A DNA stretch of 64,000 nt from a virus, in the IMG/VR virus record IMGVR_UViG_3300021373_002437, positions 31,981-95,980 of that record; one strand, 5' to 3'. The notes under the pieces were generated by a model. The model saw only the letters and a list, made by a program, of their open reading frames with translations, was not told the DNA's origin and made no database searches. The position numbers and the translations under genes are program-made. The first letter of the stretch is position 1, and the number at the start of each line of letters is the position of its first letter. Shown here one piece after another: positions 59,518 through 64,000 of the stretch.

Positions 59518-59600
59518 GCGCGAGTAGCTCAGCATTGCGAAATCAGAGCGCCCGGTTATTATCGGTAGGTGCGGTGGTTCAAGTCCACCCTCGCGCACCA
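59518..59600 (+). tRNA. Atypical tRNA, anticodon undetermined
   Basis: Perfect GCGCGAG/CTCGCGC acceptor, GCTC/GAGC D stem, GGTGG-TTCAAGT-CCACC, ACCA; anticodon loop only 6 nt (TTATTA); 15-nt D-loop without GG. Confidence 0.7.
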
Positions 59601-59613
59601 AATTAAAAGCTTC

Positions 59614-59749
59614 GGGGGTACTGACATGTACTCGCAACACGAAAGTCGTACAACTTTCTACTGGTTGTGAGTCGGGCGAGTCGCGCTAGCCGTACACTAG
59701 CTATCAATACTATAGATTGTGATAGGTTCGAATCCATCTGCCCCCACCA
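59614..59749 (+). ncRNA. 136-nt tRNA-shaped RNA with a D-loop hairpin insertion
   Basis: GGGGGTA/TGCCCCC acceptor plus ACCA, TTCGAAT T-loop, GCTAG-CCGTACA-CTAGC anticodon-like arm. Confidence 0.75.
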
Positions 59750-59819
59750 AACATATGTCGCGGAAACAGACCGACTGGCTATGACCGCTGCCAGTAACCA
59801 AATCATGAAGGAGTAGTAA

Positions 59820-60185
59820 ATGGATAGAGATAGAATCAAACTTTGTGCAGAAGTGCTGGAAGATGCCTGCCATGGAGCCGCTAAAAGTGCGGGCTGGTGG
59901 GACCGAGAAAAAACTTGGGAAACATTTCCTCGTTGTCTTACGTTGATTCATAGTGAAATCAGTGAAGCCATGGAGGGTGATCGCAAAGGGTTGATGGATG
60001 ACCACCTTCCAGACCGTCCAATGCGAGAAGTTGAATTGGCTGATGCTGCAATACGAATTTTTGATTTGGCTGGTGCATATGATCTTGATATCGGTGGTGC
60101 AATTGCCGACAAGCTAGCGTACAATGCTCAACGTGCAGATCATAAGAAGGAAAACCGTCAAGCTGCTGGTGGTAAAACGTATTAA
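59820..60185 (+). CDS. MazG-like nucleotide pyrophosphohydrolase
   Basis: LIHSEISEAMEG.RK, EVELADA.IRIFDLAG, K..YN..R. Confidence 0.8.
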   Translation: MDRDRIKLCAEVLEDACHGAAKSAGWWDREKTWETFPRCLTLIHSEISEAMEGDRKGLMDDHLPDRPMREVELADAAIRIFDLAGAYDLDIGGAIADKLAYNAQRADHKKENRQAAGGKTY

Positions 60186-60206
60186 TCAGGCTAATAGGAG
60201 AATAAT

Positions 60207-60719
60207 ATGGAACTGATTCCTTTCAGCGACCCAATGCTGAAACACCCACCCAAACCGGTGGACTTTGAGAAAGACGATGTAGAAAAAATTAGTCAAGAAA
60301 TGATTCAATACATGAGTAAGGTTGGTGGTGCAGGATTGTCTGCCAATCAGGTTGGTGAAGACCTAGCCATGTTTGTCATGGGGGGCTTTGGTAACACACC
60401 AATTCGTGTAGTTGTGAATCCAAAATTACAATCAGTTTCAGAAACTCAGGTTCTTATGGAAGAAGGTTGTCTGTCTTATCCGGGCCTCAGACTCAAGCTT
60501 AAACGCTCAGATGCTTGCGCCCTTTCTTATCAAAATGAGAAGGGTGAAATGGTGGTGGAGAAGTTTGAGGGCGTCGAGGCTCGTGTTGTTCTTCATGAGT
60601 ACGATCATATGGTTGGACAGAACTTTACACAGCGAGCTTCACCGTTAAAAATCCAACGAGCCATGAAGAAGCTGGATAAGAAGGTCAAGAACTATAAGCG
60701 TATGAAGGGAATGGTATGA
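60207..60719 (+). CDS. def: Peptide deformylase
   Basis: GAGLSANQVG, EGCLS, HEYDH. Confidence 0.95.
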   Translation: MELIPFSDPMLKHPPKPVDFEKDDVEKISQEMIQYMSKVGGAGLSANQVGEDLAMFVMGGFGNTPIRVVVNPKLQSVSETQVLMEEGCLSYPGLRLKLKRSDACALSYQNEKGEMVVEKFEGVEARVVLHEYDHMVGQNFTQRASPLKIQRAMKKLDKKVKNYKRMKGMV

Positions 60720-61081
60720 GCACTTTCGATTTCGGATTTACAGCCGTTGATGAACCACCTACATCAGAGCCACAACCAACTGAACCGGTAGTGGCTCATG
60801 TAGATGATGCCCAGATACAATCCGTGATGGATAAGCTGGAACACCTTCAAGCTTTGATTATAAATTCAGATAACAGTGGTTTGATTAATGAACACAGGGA
60901 ACTGGTTCAACAAGACGTTGCTGCTAAACTACATCAGGTTGAAGATTTGATTCTGCCACTACTGCAGAACCTACAATTGAATCCTGATAAGGACTACATC
61001 TATTGGCCTAATCGAAATGCCATTTTGGATGAACAAATAGAAAAAATAAAAGCGGTGACCCGCTACTACGATACCATTTAG
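60716..61081 (+). CDS. Conserved hypothetical protein
   Basis: FDFGFTAVDE N-terminus; I.PLL.NL..NP.K.YIYWPNR. Confidence 0.75.
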   Translation: MSTFDFGFTAVDEPPTSEPQPTEPVVAHVDDAQIQSVMDKLEHLQALIINSDNSGLINEHRELVQQDVAAKLHQVEDLILPLLQNLQLNPDKDYIYWPNRNAILDEQIEKIKAVTRYYDTI

Positions 61082-61089
61082 GAGTTTAT

Positions 61090-61704
61090 ATGGGCAAAGA
61101 TAAGGGAAAAATGAATGCTGAAGAAAGAACTACTGAGGCAATTGCTAACGGAGTATTTCACAGACCACTAGGAAGCGTTTTTGATTTCTATCTCAATGGT
61201 GAGATAGAGGGCCCAGAAAGCTACCTTGAATGGAATCATATCATTAGGACAGCCGGTCCTGCTGATGTAATCTATTTACATATCAATTGTTATGGTGGTG
61301 ATATGTTCGCTGCCATTCAACTGCTACGAGCATTATCTGAGACACAAGCACAAGTTGTGGCTTCTGTTGAGGGTGCCTGTATGTCAGCAGCAACATTCTT
61401 ATTTTTGGTTGCAGATAGTTGTGAAGTATCAGATCATTCCATGTTCATGTTCCACACATATTCGGGTGGAACTATTGGTAAGGGGCATGAAATGGCTGTG
61501 CAGATTAAGTATGAAGAGAAATGGGCTAGGAATGTTTTGGAAAGCCTGTACAAAGATTTCTTGACTGCAGAAGAGATAAACGATATCTATGAAGGTAAGG
61601 ACATTTGGATGGGGCAGGAAGAGGTCATGAAACGACTTGAATTGCGAAACGCAGCCCGACAACCCACACCAGCCAAGAAGAAGGCATCCAAGAAAAAGGC
61701 TTGA
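61090..61704 (+). CDS. ClpP-like serine protease
   Basis: YL.GEI, LHINC.GG, G.CMSAAT (catalytic Ser), FMFH, KDIW. Confidence 0.85.
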   Translation: MGKDKGKMNAEERTTEAIANGVFHRPLGSVFDFYLNGEIEGPESYLEWNHIIRTAGPADVIYLHINCYGGDMFAAIQLLRALSETQAQVVASVEGACMSAATFLFLVADSCEVSDHSMFMFHTYSGGTIGKGHEMAVQIKYEEKWARNVLESLYKDFLTAEEINDIYEGKDIWMGQEEVMKRLELRNAARQPTPAKKKASKKKA

Positions 61705-61729
61705 CAACACCCCCATTCTTTGATATACT
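61701..61729 (+). promoter_or_regulatory. Sigma70-type promoter
   Basis: TTGACA-N17-TATACT with TG extension. Confidence 0.75.
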
Positions 61730-61761
61730 GGCTAACATAATTTAACACGAGGTATATCAAA

Positions 61762-61917
61762 ATGGGTAAAGTAAATGATTTCTGGTGGGTTGAACAAAAC
61801 CAAGACGATGCTTGGATTGATGTACAGTCCGAAAAATTAGAAATGATAGAAGAAAATTATGAGATTCCCCCTGTAAGGATTATAAATAGTAATGAAGAAA
61901 CCCGACTACCGATTTAA
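61762..61917 (+). CDS. Small acidic hypothetical protein (51 aa, below track cutoff)
   Basis: GAGG SD after the promoter; MGKVNDFWWVEQNQDDAWIDV... Confidence 0.5.
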   Translation: MGKVNDFWWVEQNQDDAWIDVQSEKLEMIEENYEIPPVRIINSNEETRLPI

Positions 61918-62173
61918 TGAAGATAAGCTGCTAGAAGAAGTAAAAGCCTATATTGATGCCACTTATGCAGGACACTACGGCACCGGGGGAATCCAATCCT
62001 CTGAGGTCATTGTCTCTCGTGGTAGAGGTCTGGACTTCTTTCTCGGGAATGTTGACAAATACAATGACCGGTATGGTAAGAAAGGTGATGTAGAGGATTG
62101 GCGTAAAGACCTTCTCAAAATCATGCACTATACAATACTGGCATTGAATGAACACGATAGGAGCAACAAATGA
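61892..62173 (+). CDS. DUF3310-like conserved T4-like phage protein
   Basis: YRFNED.LL.E...YID.TY..HY, F..GN..KY..RYGKK, KDLLK..HY; TATAAATA at 61881. Confidence 0.7.
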   Translation: MKKPDYRFNEDKLLEEVKAYIDATYAGHYGTGGIQSSEVIVSRGRGLDFFLGNVDKYNDRYGKKGDVEDWRKDLLKIMHYTILALNEHDRSNK

Positions 62174-62234
62174 TACTAAAAAATGACGGTAAAGTAACCA
62201 CTAGCAAACGACCACAGACTGTCAAGGAATACTA

Positions 62235-62528
62235 ATGGCATACATATACAAAACAACATACACTCGTCCAAGTACCGATGTTGAGTTTGTCCCACCAGAA
62301 ATGCCTGTAGAACTGAATGATCAGGTTCAGGCTGACTTGGGAATCACCACGGAAAAAACATACAGCGAAGACAACTTGTCTGTTGATGTAGTGATTACAT
62401 GCCCTACAGAAGCGGCATTTGATGATTGGCAAAGCACAATGTCACCACACTGGGTAGAAGCTTTCTATCTAGATTGGTTGTTTAACAACGACATTGATGT
62501 GACGCATGAGGTTTTAGAAAACACTTAA
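62235..62528 (+). CDS. Hypothetical acidic protein
   Basis: AAGGA SD; TRPST.V.F N-terminal motif. Confidence 0.6.
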   Translation: MAYIYKTTYTRPSTDVEFVPPEMPVELNDQVQADLGITTEKTYSEDNLSVDVVITCPTEAAFDDWQSTMSPHWVEAFYLDWLFNNDIDVTHEVLENT

Positions 62529-62545
62529 CCGAAGGACTTTATATT

Positions 62546-63211
62546 ATGAAGATAAGCGATAGAACTGTTGAGATTTTGAAGAACTTCTCAGCTATCAACA
62601 CAAACATTCTCATTCGCCCCGGAAATCTTTTGTCTACCATCACGGTTGGGCAGAATATTTTTGCGACTGCGGAAATTAACGAGTCGTTTGACCGAGAGTT
62701 TGCTGTATACGACTTGAATAATTTTCTTGGCATCTTGACTGCTCAAGAAGGCAGTGAGGTTGTGTTTGGGGATGACTCTTTGACTGTATCAAAAGACCAT
62801 AGTTTTTTTAAGTACTACTATGCAGAGAAAGAGATTATCACCGCAGCCCCGGATAAAACTATCCCAGTTGTTGAATTCTTTTCCTTTAAGATGGACAAGG
62901 GTTTCTTGAATCTAATTCTCAAGGCAGCAGCAATTACTGCAGCTAACACCTTGACGCTTGAGGGTGATGGTAAGACCGTTACCGTGACTGTTGGTGACCC
63001 AGATACCCCCAAGACAAATACGTACAGCAATGTTATTGGCGAAAGTGATAAGGTGTTCAAAGCACACCTAGCAATCGAAAACCTGAAAGTTATTCCGGGT
63101 GATTACAAGGTTACAATTTCTCCAAAGAACTTTATTCACTTTTCAAATCAAGATATGAATCTGCAGTACTGGATTGGTCTTGAGAAAACTTCGGAGATTC
63201 CAAATGGATGA
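62546..63211 (+). CDS. 45: Sliding clamp gp45
   Basis: MKIS..T..ILKNFS.IN.NI, F..YDLN.FL, ENLK.IPGDY.V.IS, YWI.LE. Confidence 0.95.
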   Translation: MKISDRTVEILKNFSAINTNILIRPGNLLSTITVGQNIFATAEINESFDREFAVYDLNNFLGILTAQEGSEVVFGDDSLTVSKDHSFFKYYYAEKEIITAAPDKTIPVVEFFSFKMDKGFLNLILKAAAITAANTLTLEGDGKTVTVTVGDPDTPKTNTYSNVIGESDKVFKAHLAIENLKVIPGDYKVTISPKNFIHFSNQDMNLQYWIGLEKTSEIPNG

Positions 63212-63389
63212 GACTAAGCTAAGAATTGAAATACAAGAGACTTCCAACGGTTGGATTCTTGAATACACTCGCTGGGAAGAGACCGTACAGTTTGTGTTCT
63301 CCCGGTACAACCCGCTGATGCGTCATGTACGAGCAGTTTTTCGTGGTGATCTAAACCCATTTGAAAAGGAAGGCTCTGATGACTCTTAA
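63204..63389 (+). CDS. Hypothetical protein
   Basis: GGAG SD; I.I....NGWIL motif. Confidence 0.55.
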   Translation: MDETKLRIEIQETSNGWILEYTRWEETVQFVFSRYNPLMRHVRAVFRGDLNPFEKEGSDDS

Positions 63390-63603
63390 AAGATCGATAC
63401 TGGTTGCTATTGATCTGGTTGATGAAAGACATATAGAATCTCTTTCTGAAGAAGATGGCAGTCCAGAGTTCTGGCAATCGGTTCTGGATGATCTGATGCA
63501 AATCAGAGATTCTATGGATTTTAATGATGGGACCACAGATGCTGGTCAACACATCGAACTTCACTTTTCAGATGAAACAAACGTCAAAGAGAAGATCGGT
63601 TAA
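63379..63603 (+). CDS. Hypothetical acidic protein
   Basis: AGGAAGG SD; fills the gap before gene 44. Confidence 0.5.
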   Translation: MTLKRSILVAIDLVDERHIESLSEEDGSPEFWQSVLDDLMQIRDSMDFNDGTTDAGQHIELHFSDETNVKEKIG

Positions 63604-63647
63604 TTATCGGGTATCTGCAAAATATATTATTAAAAATGGAGTTAAGA

Positions 63648-64000
63648 ATGAGTAGAGAACATTTTCTCTGGTCCGAGCGATACCGACCCAAGACTATTAA
63701 TGAGTGTGTGTTACCCCAAAGACTTAAAGACAAGTTTAACAATTATATAAAGGACGGTGAGACCTCTCATCTGTTACTTTACAGCAGTTCGGGCACTGGA
63801 AAAACCACAGTAGCAAAGGCGTTGGCTGATGAGATTGACGCCGATGTATTGTTTCTCAATGGTTCTGATGAGGGTAGGCAGATCGACACTCTGCGAACCA
63901 AGATAGCACCCTTTGCTAGCTCTTTCAGCTTTGAGAACAAGCCGAAGATTGTGATCATGGATGAGGCTGACTACACCAATCCAGAGAGTGTACAGCCAGC
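63648..64000 (+). CDS. 44: Clamp loader subunit gp44, 5' part (runs off window)
   Basis: FLWSERYRPKTINECVLP, SGTGKTT, NGSDEGR.IDTLR, IMDEADY. Confidence 0.95.
   Translation, partial: MSREHFLWSERYRPKTINECVLPQRLKDKFNNYIKDGETSHLLLYSSSGTGKTTVAKALADEIDADVLFLNGSDEGRQIDTLRTKIAPFASSFSFENKPKIVIMDEADYTNPESVQP

Noticed and set aside
59614-59749. tmRNA interpretation
   Set aside because: Only 136 nt, no G3-U70 alanine determinant and no room for a tag ORF.
63770-63810. gp44 Walker A begins with Ser (SSSGTGKT)
   Set aside because: T4 gp44 also has a Ser-led P-loop; not a defect.
1-64000. Stop-codon reassignment
   Set aside because: Core genes are full length in the standard code and end in TAA, TAG and TGA; no clear suppressor tRNA.

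Overview
This window is about 64 kb of a T4-like myovirus genome (Tevenvirinae / marine 'exo-T4' style), using the standard genetic code, with almost all genes on the + strand. Gene order: baseplate (3' end of 48, 53, hub, 5, 25, 6, 7, 8), a 2357-aa VrlC-like protein, a Y/F-T-G repeat protein, a convergent glycosyltransferase/oxygenase/methyltransferase cluster, neck/terminase/tail genes 13-19, portal 20, a ~9 kb inserted structural module (collagen, large beta-rich proteins, HTH, SPOUT-like protein), prohead/capsid genes (67-like, two internal-protein-like ORFs, 21, 22, 23), an early cassette (structured non-coding region, tRNA-Cys), 3, uvsY, uvsW, fatty acid desaturase, 55, dexA-like, dsbA-like, galE, 47, an HNH remnant, 46, a tRNA-Tyr / tRNA-like RNA cluster, MazG-like, peptide deformylase, ClpP-like, 45 and the 5' part of 44. 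TATAAATA late promoters and TTGACA-N16-18-TAnnnT promoters are visible. The most notable observations are: (i) a late-promoter-driven putative virion glycosylation system next to a Thr-rich repeat protein; (ii) a 136-nt tRNA-shaped RNA with a 43-nt hairpin in its D-loop and two CGUACA loops; (iii) gene 46 with a duplicated N-terminus split by an HNH remnant and no canonical start codon; (iv) a SPOUT-like protein inside a structural module; (v) antisense sigma70 promoters at late/early boundaries. All calls come from motif recognition and synteny by eye; no database searches or folding programs were run, and the host cannot be determined.
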